A stretch of 64,000 bases of DNA from positions 12,820,795 through 12,884,794 of the forward strand of contig NC_092670.1 of assembly GCF_964355755.1 (NCBI RefSeq), read 5' to 3'. The DNA comes from Antedon mediterranea. Taxonomy: Eukaryota; Animalia; Echinodermata. Position 1 is the first letter of the stretch. Each line of letters opens with the position of its first letter. The position numbers and the translations under genes are program-made. Shown piece by piece: positions 1 to 13,825 of the stretch. Below the pieces are notes generated by a model that saw only the letters and a program-made list of their open reading frames with translations, had not been told where the DNA came from and searched no databases.

Positions 1-64
1 TTCAAGGGATGAAATTGTGTACTGGTGGTTTGATGATGTATTAGAATATTGACGAAACAATTTC
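1..64 (-). other. Probable exon (partial) of a leftward gene leaving the window
   Basis: Minus-strand acceptor tttgttttgcag| immediately before position 64. Promoter motifs at 530-660 and a TAGGCCTA-rich patch at 105-400, as seen just downstream of other transcription starts in this window. Product not identifiable. Confidence 0.35.
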
Positions 65-529
65 TGCAAAACAAATAACAGAAAACCTGACTGAATTAAT
101 ATATATAGCCTCCTCCTAGCCTAGCTACACTACGGCCTAGTAGAGTAGTGCGCCTATTTAATATTAAATTATTATTTGTTATTATAAAGTTACTCTATAA
201 ATTTAATATCTTTAATGAACTAATTATTGCGTGCGTATATCTTTGTGTTTAATTTAATTTGAATATAACATAACATTAATGAAAACTTATTTAGTGTAGG
301 CCTAGCCTAGGACCTCATCGTCAAAACGGTGGCTGACGACCACACTACAGTCTCTATTCGGTAAATTTCTACAGGACTAATCTGACGAAGACTGGCCTAG
401 CTAAAATGTCAATAGTTCTACTGGTTTAAATCGCTCTAAAATAATATTTTTAACATTAATATAAATTAAATACATCGTAGTCTATACTTATACTAAATTA
501 AAATCACATATCATTCAACTAACATTAGA

Positions 530-660
530 AACCCGGAAGCCTGTTAAGTTTAAAACTTTTAACATGGACAGCGCCATGTTTGTTTTTGTGACATATCTTA
601 TAGTGATTCTGATTGGCTGAACGATGATTGATTAATTGCCAACGCAACACCAATAAACAA
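530..660. promoter_or_regulatory. Probable bidirectional promoter
   Basis: ETS-type CCGGAAG (~533), YY1-type CGCCATGTT (~572) and CCAAT boxes (GATTGG ~611, CCAAT ~650), with locally CpG-richer sequence, between two divergent genes. Confidence 0.5.
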
Positions 661-1202
661 TCCTGGAACGTGTCTCCATGGAAGTCGGACGCGCATATTG
701 TATTTTATCGATTGAGAGTAGATCATGTTCAACCGTTTATAAAAGTAAATTCTTAGATCATTGTTGCTTATTTACGACAGTTTATTGCTGTGATAATCGA
801 AGCACGATTCTTGTGGATTACAGACCGTTGATTACTATAGTATAGACTAATTTATGCCTGATGTTTTCTTCTACTAGGCTCAACCTGGAGATGTCCGATA
901 GTCAATCTTATTCAGATTTCACCGTGCTTAATTAACCGGCAAGAGCGAATTTTCCTAATTCATGACACTGGACAGACATAATTCGTTTTAGCTATCTTAT
1001 TGGATTTATTAAATTTAATGTCCAGCTATTTTTCTACTTTTCTTAGAGAAGAATGAAGTAGTTATTATATTCTTTAAAACCATACCACCACCGAGTTTTA
1101 AGTCGAGTGATAAATTGTGAACTTTACACAAAGTTCGCAGATTGAGAAAGATGGTATTGAGGACGATAAGAAATCAACATTTTTTATGAATATTATGTCA
1201 AA

Positions 1203-4200
1203 ATGACGTTTATGAATATTTATACGTGTGTTATATTGTGTGCAATAGTTCTTAATCAATTCCTGTTAATTGAAACAGCTGGATCGTGCAAAGGTGAGAA
1301 ATTAATAAAAAAAGAAATGAAAATGGTATTAATATATTTAAAATTTATTAAGTAGCACATTCCATGGAATTGGACTTTTGGCAAGAAATAATCATGATTT
1401 CTTTATAGGCCCTAAACATATTTTGCATAAGAAATATTAATGTTTAGGTTAATTTAGCTTCTTCAAATGTACAGTATAATATAACTATTTAATATATAAA
1501 TCCAAAGGCAAAATACTGAAAAAATGACAATTCTGTGGGTATCAGTGACTAGATCTCATTTTAATAGTCTATTTTTATTTAATGTGCGCTTGAATTTCAT
1601 TTTATTAATGCTTTATGCTACCTGTATTTAAATTGTATCATATTCACAAATCTATCTAATCGATCTAATTTCCCTGGTAGACTTACAGTATTAATATTTT
1701 CCTTTGGTATCATGACCCTTAACCATGAGTTATAAGTACTATATGCTGTAATATCATGTACTTCATTATGTACTTTTGGATTTGTTTAACCATGGATACT
1801 GCACATGTAGTAATAATTAATATCTACATCTTAAATTGTTGGCACATGATGGATAATCAGTTTCCTTTTATTGTTTTACTTATGAAAAATAATGTTTAAT
1901 GTTATTATGAATGAAAATAGTTCTATAAAGAAGTGAATGTATGAGAAAGGTGATTTTATAGGCCAACCAGTGACGTGTTGTGGCGAGATTTTAATTTTAT
2001 TTCATTTACATCCAGCAGTGAGAAACTTGCAAATTACAGATGGATAAACTTTTTTAAATTGATCATGCTTAAGTCTCATTTGAGGCTTAGGGAGTGGAGT
2101 TGAAAGAGTTAAATGAGTTACAATCCTGGCACTTTAGGATTGAACCCTGCACCTTGGGATTGGAAGACAGTATCTTCAATTTTGGTTTGTCCTAAAAGAA
2201 AAGGACAGAACCAAATACATACTTTTAAGTAAAACACAACTGTCTCTTTAAACAATTGAATGTCCTTTTGAAAAAAAGAATTACTTTAAATCACAGAGCC
2301 TATCTCTGCATAGAAATAATATCTGTTATATAGTTAATTACCACTGTTAATTCTATTATTATTTGTTTACAGTGTATTAATGTGTTGTTGTTATTGTTAT
2401 TTAACAGATGAAGCTGTAGAAAACACTATTGAAGTTCTCTTTAATAAAGATGGAAATATTCTACGTTTAGATGAGGTCTGTATTTATATTTAATTTCTAC
2501 TCTTCATTATTATTATTATTGATGCTCATAAATAATATACACAATATAGACAGTTAATATTAACGATACCTTTAATAGTGCTGCTGTGAATTTACAATAA
2601 ATAAACCATGGTTCTAATTTTACCTCTGTTGCACAAGATATATTTGTTATTAAGTTACTATGGCGATGGTAAAGTGTAACATACATTGGGTTTCTATTTC
2701 TCTGGAGTCAATTTTTATGGTTAACTGGTTAAGTTTTTTCTCAAAGAGAGAAATTGGTTTTATTTTATTCATCTTTATTTATCATGGTTTGGAGAACAAT
2801 ACACCTTTAATAAAGTAAAATTATGTTTTATCTTTATGAAGAGTAAAAAATAAATAAATTAGGTATTCATTAGAAAGAGAAATGATGCATGCATCAGTCA
2901 ATTGAAAGTCAAAATTTGTGAATGTCAAATAATTCTGTTTTTTTTTAGTGGAATGACAAAAGCTCTGATATAAAATTCCAATCAGTTATGGCCAATGGAG
3001 CAACAAATTATTGCCGAAGTCAACCATCTCTGTGTTCCCTGATAGAATACAATGAAACATCTCAGTAAGTATATACTGTAATATACCCTTGATTAATAGT
3101 ATATACTGTAATATACCCTTGATTAATATATTGGACACTGTTAGTACAAACCTGTAGCCAGAGATGGGGACAATGAAACATCTCAGTAAGTATATACTGT
3201 AATATACCCTTGATTAATATATTGGACACTGTTAGTACAAACCTGTAGCCAGAGATGAGGACAATGAAACATCTCAGTAAGTATATACTGTAATATACCC
3301 TTGATTAATATATTGGACACTGTTGGTACAAACCTGTAGCCAGAGATGGGGGAAGGGGAAGGGAAAGTGTGCACCCTTCTTTTTTTAGAAGTACCCTTTT
3401 CAAAGTAGAGAAGTGCCTAACTTAGGGGTGTTTTACATTTTGCACTAAAAAGATGTTTGTATAGTTACTAAAGAAGACTACATTTCTAACGAAAATGAAT
3501 CATTAAAAAAAATGAAAAACTTTTTTATTTAATTTCGTTTTCATCATATCATATTTTATTGTCAATTTATTTTGAAATTTCTAAGATCATGATATACTAC
3601 TGTATATCATTTTTATTTATTATAAATCATAATGGACAATATGAAAACGTTCTTTTTTGTCTAATTTTACCATGCAATTACAGTAATTGGCAACAAATTG
3701 GCTAAAAAACTGTTTTAAATAAACAAAACAATTTTTTCTCTGCTTATAATTATAGTTAGAGTTATTCATTTCACAGTCTGATTATGTAATGGAGATGTTG
3801 TTATGATATCAAATGGACATCATACAATACAGTATAGAAATTGTAATTGGTATTTGTTATTGTTGCTATAGTCACAAATAGAATGTTACGTTTGTTTGTT
3901 ATCTACGCCTCCATAAGTGGATTAAATTGACACCCTTTTATATATATTTGAATTCGTGAAAGATAAACTATTGATTCTATAAACATTTTTTTTTTTGGTT
4001 GTTTTGTTCACTAATTTATTTTATACGACTCTTACTTTTATTACTCAGCTCTAGAACCTTATTGTAATCATTCATTTATCACTCAGTCGGATTATGTAAT
4101 GGAGATATCAAATGAACATCATACAACACAGTATAGAAACTTTGTATGTTTGAAATAATAATAATAATATAACTCAACATCCTTTAAAGATGTATTTTCT

Positions 4201-7200
4201 CCCTGAAAAAATAATTCTTAAAAAAATTCTTTTTGAACATTCCATTTTAATGTAACATAATAGTTATCCATTTTTGATTGAAAAGAAAATGTATTTACTT
4301 TAAAAAATGGATTTTTTGTTGAATTTAACCATTTATTTTGTCATTTTACAAGTGGAAACATTTTTTTCCTAGAGAAGTGATTAACTTTATTAAAAATAAA
4401 AAATAACATTCAAAGTCTGATGTAATAATCTTCATTTTTCATGTTTTTGGGGGACAATTACATTTTTAATATTTAAATAAAGTAGGAGGTTTTTTTTAAA
4501 AAGAATATGGAAGTCATATTATGTTGTATCGTAGACTATAGACTTATCTATGTTGTTTCAGTTCAAGTAATTACATATGAAAGGATATGTGTGCCAATGT
4601 TTATATATTACAAACATTAGGTCAAAATAGGTCAAATCGCCATCTAGAACCTATTCCTTGGAAACACAACAAATTGCATGAATAGGATAAGCCAAAATTT
4701 GATAATATACACAATATTAATAATATTGTACCTAAAATTTTTAATATCTTTCTGAGCATGCAATGTCATTTATAGCTGAATGACTTTAGATTACTCTAAA
4801 TTAGTGATTGTTGATATTGGTCAAAATTAAGAAGCATAACTTAATATAAACATAACTTAATTAAATTTTAAAATTAAAAGCTTTAAAAAAGGAACCATTC
4901 AGATGTTTTTAAAATGTTGAATTTGAAACACTGGCAAAATTTAGTAATATTTGATTGATTTTATCATGGAAGAAATGATTTTATTTAGCACCTTATGCTT
5001 ACCTGGATAAACCAATATGAGCCCTTTCCCTTCTGGGGAGGACATCCTCAACATTATTCTTTTATTGTCTCAACCTTGAATCTTTCAACGGTAATTATAT
5101 TGCTGCAGCTAATTTTATTTTCATATCAATAACTGAAGTAATAGAAAATCGAGAAAATAAATTGTTTCTTATTGACTGTTGACATTTCCTGAGTATCAGC
5201 AATTTATTTCCATAGCAACATACATCATATATAGGTACTAATATTACTGTGGCATTGTGCGATTTTTTATACAAAAGAAAACGTATACAGTAGTAATCAT
5301 CATAGGTAGATAGACTTAATGCGGTATAAATTGTGGTTTTATCATGTTTATTACAATACCAGTAATTTTGTATTTATTGGAAACATTTTTTAAAAGGCTA
5401 TTTCAATTTTGTATTATACATTAAAGTAGCTTATAATTGAGTGCACACTTACCAAGTGTGCTGGTGTCTTGTTGACGATATTAGTTTCTAGGTTACTGTT
5501 ACCAACACAGATTGTATTCTCTGGGACAAAATTTCCATAGAAAATTAAAACAATCCAGGAGTCAACTGATTTAATAGGCCTAATGTTCTTGCTTGTGTAA
5601 CCACAACTACTGGTACAGTCAACTCTGCCATTACCAGACCAGAATACCATAATTTAACAACCTCATTACACTTTTATCCCAATATACAGAAATTGGTCTT
5701 TAAACAAATCAAAAAATTAAAAATTAAACTAAATAATTAAAATAAATAAATTATTATTTTCAAACTTACTATAGTAAAATGTTTTCTTTTTATAGTCCTT
5801 TTGAGGAAGATAACGTTGTTTTCATTGGCAGTACACCGACCTATTCAAATGGTTACGTGAAAATAGAATTTTATATTAAATTAACTGGAATAGAAACTGT
5901 GTTTGATGGTTCCCTGACAACTTACGTCCTTCGAAAATCAACTCTAAAAAGTAAGTATTTATAAATATCTTAAATCATTGAATCTTCTCAGACAGATCCT
6001 TGTGATCATCCATCCTCTGTATGTGATCATTCAAAAGAAGTGGCAATATTGCTATTAGAACTGTGAGGTTGTTATTATACATACTGTACATAGGGTGCTC
6101 AAGATCATTTTAATACACCGATGTATTTAATACTTCTAAATAGTAGCTTCTCAACATTTCCATAGTAAAGTGAAAAGTCTCAGTTGGGTTCCAAATGTGA
6201 ATCATAAGATATAAGACAAATGTTATTATCTCCAAACAGAAGATACAGGAGCTTGCAGTCAAACATACAAAACAAACCATATTATAACCTTTCATTATCT
6301 TCATTAAAGCAATAAACGAATTAAGATATCTGTTTGTAATAACAATAGGAACTCGCATACATCCATTTCTTGGGATAATGTGACTGATAAAACAGGGCTG
6401 ATAGTGAGAGGTTAAAAACATGAGCCAAAGATGCTTTTAGATATAATTATTAATGGTGTGAGCCCATCGTCTGCCTCATTCTGGCTATACGGACAGCCCT
6501 ATAAAACCAAACAATTTTTAACCAGCCCAAGAAAATTCAGTTTTGAAAAAGAGCATGTACAAATAAAACCAAGCTTAATGAGTACAGTATACTACATTTT
6601 ACCATTCTCCATGTGTTATACTATTGTTAGTAGAACATTAATGTTTACATTGTTTCCACGGTCACCAGTCATCATACAACAAGTTATTGATCAAATACCT
6701 ATAACAATTTCAATAATTGCACATGCATCTTTGTAGTAGTTGGTTTCATAATATGTCCAATTATTTCTCATTTATTACTATGGCAACTAATTTAGTAATT
6801 TACAAAATTATTCAGATGAACAATAAATTACCTCGTATTATTTGTTCTAATTTCTATGGTTTATCATAATGGAAATTATAGACAGAAATACTACTAGATA
6901 TTTGAAATGTGTTTTATTTTTTACCATTCTTATTTCTATGTTGATTATAGAGTCTTTTATTTTAATTACTTCTCAATAATGGAAATTACAAACAAATTAC
7001 TCTATTTCAAGTTACTTCTTTTTATTGACAACATAATTTAGTTCACATTTAAAACGGCTCTGAGTGCAATACAGTAGAATAAAACACAGAACAGAGAAGA
7101 ATTTTAATTAATCCTATTTTGGGCACTTTCACCGTTTTATGAGTTTTGAGATTATTCAATGAAAGCTTGTAATTGTTTCCACTCTTGGAAAAATAGTAGA

Positions 7201-10200
7201 TATTAGTAGAATATAAATATAGTTTACTTTGACCAATAATTTTATTGAAAAAAAAGTTAATTACTGTAAAATCATTGTCTGTCAAACAACATGTTTTTGG
7301 TTAAATTAAATATTATTTTGCCTTGTTGTAAGTAAAGTGACATCACAAAAGTTTTATTTCATTTATTTTTAGTTTTCATGAACAATATACTTTAACTTCT
7401 CAAAGTGGAGTACAGTATTCATTTTAGACCTTTTAGATGTCTACATGACATGTAAAAGTCCCTTAGATACTTGAACCAAGATTAAGAGCTTTTATTACAC
7501 TCCTCATCAGGGTATATGACTGTAAATTTATCTAAGGGACTTAGACGTAATGATTTCTAAATGAGATCAGTACATGCATTTAGAAGCCCATCTACCTTTT
7601 ATTTAACTGCGACTGAACAATTAATTTAAATTGAATGAATAATAAACTACTGTATAATCATTTATTTCAATCAATAATTTTATTTCTTACAGATATAACA
7701 GTAGAAAGTGTGGACAATTTGAATTTTAATTTGAACTTCACAACCGCATTTGTTGATGGTGATTTGGTTACTGTGGCAATTGATAATTCTCTTGATAAGA
7801 TAATCATACCAATAGCTGTTGCTGTGCTTTTGATTCTATTACTTATAATGCAAGTTTTAAGAAAAACTCAGTAAGTACTGTATGTCTAGGTTCTAGACAT
7901 TGACAACTTTTGTAAAAATAATAAATTGGCATACTTGAGCAAGAGACTTGGAGAAAGTCTACAGGATGGCCATTATATAATATTTATTTGGATCAATACC
8001 TTTTTAACAGTGGCATAGATGGTGCGTCCATACAATTACACAATTTGAACAACAATAACAATATTAATTAACGTTCATGCTCAGCATAAAATTTGATTGG
8101 CACATTTTCCATACTCAAGATTATTACAAACCTTTTTTTTACAAAAACTATACTGATACAACAATAAAACTACTGTACTCATTATGCAACAGAAAAGGAA
8201 AAACAACACATTTTAAAGTTCAGATAGAATGGCATTTGGGTTCCTGGTACTGTACGCATCTCAAAATTTATAATTTGAAATTTAAAACACTTTTTTTTAT
8301 TGTTTTAACCGTATGTATGTTACATTTTTTTATTATAGCGACGAATTAGAAGAATTGAAAAGAAAACATGGATATGGAAGTCGAACCAAAGTGTCTCCTG
8401 GAATTATTGAATTACAGAAAAAGGTTGAGCACACCGAAGACAAAGGTGAGCAGAGTTACTAGAGTTACTTACAATTTTTATTTAGTTACTTGTTAGATTT
8501 TCATTTATGCTATCTTATTCCGACCAACTCTCCTCACTTTAAACCCCAACAATTTTACAATACATTTAAAATTTCAAAATGTACAGTTTGCGGTATGAAG
8601 CCAAATGCTTTACCGTCCATGGAGTTCAGGCCCCATCTGTCCACATCACGCCTTTTCTTTTTTATATTAGTAAAAATCATTTTCTTTGTATGTATGTGTA
8701 CTTTTCCTATATTTTCTTGTATTTTTAAATAGTTATTGCACCTAATATTACACTATATAGTTTGTGCAATAATGCGTGATTGCTGTTTAATAATGATCTT
8801 ATACTACTGTATCTTCTGTTTATATTAGGGGGAGGGGGTGGGTGAGGTGGTAATACCTTGATGGAAAGGGTGCAAACAACCCTCTTTCGTTTTTGTTCAG
8901 ATATTTTCAACATATTTTCTTGCAAAATTACCAAGGAACACTGTACTATAGTTGTATGTGATACTTTGAATTCTTTCTATAGTAATTTTTAGATGCTTTT
9001 TCTACAATTAATTTGCATGACACTTCTTTTGATATTTTTAGAGTAGTATGTATTTTTCTTTTTCTTCTGTGCACTTATAGGCTGCCATATGTCAGCTATG
9101 AAATAAAATTCAAGCATTGCATACTGTAGGTAAATGTCTATAAACATTTCTTTTTTGTTGATCTAATATGACTACTGTACCTACTACTACGTTTTGTAAA
9201 TCTGTTGTCTGAAGGAGGTATTCTCATTCATCTCTGTAAAAGTAGTAGTACTGTACTTCATTTATTTTCAAATGCATCAACAAAAAAGAAATTTACTTTA
9301 TCATAATCAATTATTTGAATCCAAATGAAATTATTACACTCATTTTCATTAATTATAATAAATGCACATCAATTTTTAATAAATTTACCCTTCATAAAAT
9401 AATGTATTAATTTATCATTGCCATCTAATATCAGTGATATTTCTAGGATTTTAAAATAGTGCCACGCTAGTGTTGCTGAACCTAAACCTAATGTACGATT
9501 TTTACATCGACTTTCGGGTCCATTTCTTAATTAATATCCTCTGAGGCAAACAAATGTATACTAGAAACATAGCAAATTAAGATTTCATTCCTAAATTGTT
9601 TAATCCAATAATACATAATAAAACATAAACATATTTACAATAGAAAGGTATATTGAATCTGTATGTTCAAATAACTATGATAGTGTGGTATTTGAATATT
9701 TTCTATTTATGTTTTCTTTTTATTATTTAATCAATTTAATAGCATTTGTATGCATTACTAATCTCGTATTCATTATTGCACTTGTGCACATATCTGTACT
9801 ACTATTAGGCTATTTCAGGGGAAGACTCAAAGTAATACACTGTAGGAAATTATATATTATAACAACTGTATTTACTATTTGGATAGTGGCTTTAAAAATG
9901 TCAAATGCAATATTGATTTGAAGCAGTAAAGGAATCCATAAAATTAATCTAGCCTTTTCTAAAATTAATTTATTACTGTTATGTTTTCAATAACCTGAAG
10001 GTAATCATGTACAAAGTGGAATGATATAATCTCATTTTACTTATCGTATTATTGGCATTATCATTACTACATGATTATTTCTATTTTGAAGAGAAATGTT
10101 CTAAAGCACATCCTAATAATTAAAGTTTTATTTTCTGAGTAATTGCATAGGCCAATACAAAGTTTAATGCCCATAGTATATATTATATTTATTATGTATT

Positions 10201-11287
10201 TTGTAAAGCACAAAACCACCCTTGATTATTATCATCATCATCAATATTTATCTTCATTTTTCCAGGACCATATGTAAAACAGGTGCTATCTATACCTAAT
10301 ATGATTTTATCCTGTATAAATATGTTTGAAATAAAAAAATTATATGTTTATAGCAGTATTTCTTGCCTTTTTCAGAATTCTCAACCCTCCCCACAATGAT
10401 AAATTATCATTAAGAATATCTTACTTGTGTCTTCATTCTGAACTTTGACATTAATTGTTTCTGCAGATCTTAACCCAGAGTCAAAGTACAACAATAGTGC
10501 TTATGGCCATCATGGACATGTACCACGGATTGGGTTACCTCAAGGCCCAGCTCCGTATGCTTACCCTAGAAGATCCTTCAAAACGAAGCCTATGGCGCAA
10601 GAAGCACCATCAACAGTGAATGAGGAGGTACCACCACCTGCCTATGAAGAATCACTACAGAAGACATTATCTGAAGATGCATCTGCTAGAAATCAAGAGA
10701 ATGAGGAAGATGCACAAAAGCAATCAATAGAAGATGAAGAACCAGTTACAGTTCCAGAACCAGTTATAGTGTCGGAACCAGTTCCAGATGTCAGTAGAAG
10801 GCTACCACCACTGGTTCCAATCACAAGAAAAGATCCAGTTGGAAAAGAAGATGACTTTTCCAATAATAATTTACAAACGGTTGAAGGTATACCAGGTATA
10901 ATTAAAGTTGAAAAAGAACACAATTATAAACCTTCAATGGAAAAAGAAGAGAAACAGATCACATATGAAGAGAAACCTGAAGAAAGGAAGGAAGAAGTTG
11001 ACCCTATTGTGAAAGACACACTGCCAACAAATGACGTTTCTGTTGTGAAAGATGGCATTTCAGAGTTTCAAGAAAATCAAAAACCTGCAGATGAGATAAA
11101 GAAGGAAAAGAAAAAGAAACACAAAAAGCACAAGCACAAACATCGGCATAATTCCGATGGAGAGAGTGAGAGGGATGGCCACGATAGGTCAGCAGATGAA
11201 GGACACAAACGAAAGAAACATCGCAAGAAAAAGAAAAAGCATCGTCATAAACACTCAGATAATGAAGAAGATGAAGAAAACAAATAG
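1203..11287 (+). CDS. Uncharacterised single-pass type-I membrane protein (~511 aa): signal peptide, possible SEA-like ectodomain, TM helix, acidic then Lys/His-rich tail
   Basis: Seven exons with consistent phases: 1203-1293, 2408-2475, 2949-3064, 5796-5950, 7693-7870, 8339-8445, 10467-11287 (1536 nt). N-terminus MTFMNIYTCVILCAIVLNQFLLIETAG is signal-like and the TM is IIIPIAVAVLLILLLIM. The SEA-like assignment is only an impression. Confidence 0.8.
1497..1558. mobile_element. Fragment of the Penelope-like repeat also present at 31382-31445
   Basis: Near-identical TAAATCCAAAGGCAAA(A/T)TACTGAAAAAATGACAAT..TGTGGGTATCAGTG..T.GATCTCA at both positions. Confidence 0.6.
2008..2172 (-). mobile_element. 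tRNA-derived SINE (same family as 52961-53170 and 53426-53610)
   Basis: Minus strand reads GTCTTCCAATCCCAAGGTGCAGGGTTCAATCC (Gly-TCC-like anticodon loop plus B box), then the shared core TTTCAACTCCACTCCCTAAGCCTCAAATGAG. Confidence 0.7.
3049..3350 (+). repeat. 91-bp tandem repeat (3 copies) spanning the exon 3 donor site
   Basis: Units start at 3049, 3170 and 3261 with ACAATGAAACATCTCAGTAAGT. The first unit carries an extra 30-bp internal duplication. Confidence 0.9.
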
Positions 11288-11288
11288 A

Positions 11289-11629
11289 TTTCTTTGATAT
11301 TACTAGGGTGGTTCCTTTGATATTACTGGAGCTGTTCCTTTGATATTACTGGAGCTGTTCCTTTGATATTACTGGAGCTGTTCCTTTGATATTACTGGAG
11401 CTGTTCCTTTGATATTACTGGAGCTGTTCCTTTGATATTACTGAAGCTGTTCCTTTGATATTACTGGAGCTGTTCCTTTGATATTACTGGAGCTGTTCCT
11501 TTGATATTACTGGAGCTGTTCCTTTGATATTACTGGAGCTGTTCCTTTGATATTACTGGAGCTGTTCCTTTGATATTACTGGAGCTGTTCCTTTGATATT
11601 ACTGGAGCTGTTCCTTTGATATTACTGGG
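11289..11629 (+). repeat. 23-bp minisatellite GTTCCTTTGATATTACTGGAGCT, ~14-15 copies, immediately after the stop codon
   Basis: Period 23 from 11311 to 11610, plus degenerate end copies. Confidence 0.95.
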
Positions 11630-13227
11630 GATATGCATAGGGTGATTTACTCAATTATTGTAAATTTTTCATCTTTAGTATTTTACAGTATTTCAATTTA
11701 CTTATAAAGAAATAATTTATATAAAAATATTTTTTTATATTTTCAAAGCTGGGTTACCTAAAGCCTGCTTGATCTGTTTTGTCCAAACACACTTTAGAAG
11801 ACTATGTGAACACGATTTGTAAATTAATATATAGAGTTTAACGAAATGCTTTTAAGGGTGCTTTTTAGTTTATATAATTACTGCAAATACTACACATTAC
11901 ACTGTAATTTCTATAATTTTTATTCATACAAATTGTAAATACTAAATATAGAATTTGAAAGTGAACTAAGTTTACTCTTAAAGCTTGGTTTCCAACTAGG
12001 ATGCAACTCAGGATGTAAACGCAAGCAAATGATGAAAAGCAACAGTTTGATCAAGTCATTGTTGGCAATATGTTGTGCTTATAAAAAGAAAACTCATATT
12101 TCTGCCGAACAAACACTTTATACGTTGAACATGCAAGTTTGCTTACAGTAGTCTTTTATTTTATACTTACCCAAAAACATGAAAAAATGAAGATTAATCA
12201 GACCTTTAAAAGGTAATTTTGCAGTTTTAATAAAGTTTATGTAATGTAATTATTGAACTCAATTTGTTATAAAGCTAGTAAGATACTTTAAAATGTCACA
12301 ATATTTATGGAGAATATTGATTAAAAGAACCTTCATTAAAATGTATATTATTCATACTCTGTTGAAATGTTCTATTACAGGTATAGGGCTCTGTCTAAAA
12401 AAACATTCCCTTTTTTTGCACCTATAAATTAAAAAAGTTGTAAGGTAGAGGTGCTCTACCCTTCTTGAATTTAATTGTGGACACAGAAATATAGCAGAGC
12501 TCAGATAGCAATGAACCATCCAGCGTCAAAGGTTGGGTTAAAAAACAACCCTAAATTAATCCACCATGTTTGTGAAAAGTTCTGCTTTCAGACAGATATA
12601 AGATTTTGTGAAAGTGAAAAAAATTGGAACAATAAATACCAAATAGGAAAACGTGAATACCACAGTGTATAATTGGCAGACTGATATGGCTACAGGGCGA
12701 TTACAAGCATGCTCTGGCCCTTTATCTTGAAAGGAGAAGACATTATAGGGACTTACAGGAATGTTTTTTCTTTTTAGCAACATACACCCTATCGCCACCC
12801 CAAATGCACACTTTCCAACATACTTGAAAAAAATACTCCAAAAAATCAAATTAAATGTAGAGATGAAATACGTCAATCCAATACAGTACACCAACATAAA
12901 CCATATCAAATTACAGCTATTATTAATACCTTGACGAATGCTCAGCAACCAGATTCAATATATTAAATGTTTGGTGGCAACCAAAATATTTTAATTAATT
13001 CGGCATTCTTCAATTAATTATGCAAGAATTGATTTTGTTTATATTATTAGATGTTGTATTGTACAATACATTAACCTTCTGAATTGACATAAAAACCATG
13101 ATAAATTCTATATACTTAATCAGAGCCATGAGACACTAACTCACTATAATTGTACATTTTATTCAATATTTTATAAAATAGCGAATTATTATGCAGAATA
13201 GCTTCAGCATTGTTAAAAGCTAAGTTA

Positions 13228-13419
13228 AACCAAGGCAATCTAACAGGACACTGAACTCGCCTTCTCAAGATAGGAACTCGTAACAATCTTTTGATCTTAT
13301 GTCTTGGCTGTGACAAATACCCGCAGTACTGTACTATGGTCATATTCTCTGCGACGCATGGTGTATGTAAGTGGCGTGGCACTGATCGTGTCGCAGCCAT
13401 ACATAAACCCTTTGATCTT
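13228..13419. mobile_element. Fold-back (MITE-like) element, copy 1 (truncated)
   Basis: Shares AGGAACTCGTAA, TGGCTG.GACAAATAC, CTGATCGTGTCGCAGCCA and TAAACCCTTTGAT with 24475-24692 and 30051-30253. Confidence 0.7.
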
Positions 13420-13825
13420 CCAACTTCCTTTAACCCTCCTGTTAATGGCAAATACAATTTGCTGTTTGGGTTTTTAAAATAAAATAGCTTTAATTCTTGT
13501 AGGCAATTGTCTAACACAGCATTAATATCATTATTGGTCAAACATTTATACAGTTAACACATTTTAAAAATTCATCTATTAAATAAAAAATACTAAATTT
13601 CTGTTATGAAAATCTATATAAAACTTTCTATATAATAAATATAATCTGTTTCTTGTATATAAATTTAAATATTCGGCAATTCTAAAAGATATAAATTATG
13701 AAGTAAGCAAGCAATATTTATGTTGTGCTTAAAGACATGCATTTTAAAAATATTATTTAATATGCTTTATTTAAAATATAATTTATATATGTTTTGGTCC
13801 TATAAAGTCAGACCCCACAATAAAA

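Noticed and set aside
11289-11629. CRISPR-like array
   Set aside because: Units are directly adjacent with no unique spacers, the context is eukaryotic, and there are no cas genes. It is a minisatellite.
12556-12948. 130-aa minus-strand ORF
   Set aside because: No recognisable motif or splice-supported structure; it lies between two convergent 3' ends.
13228-13419. TPP riboswitch downstream of a putative thiamine transporter
   Set aside because: Lacks the TPP aptamer core arrangement, and the same element occurs in unrelated genes.
13116-13541. ORFs sharing MAATRSVPR (also at 24453 and 30103)
   Set aside because: The shared peptide comes from the non-coding fold-back repeat, and frames are not conserved between copies.
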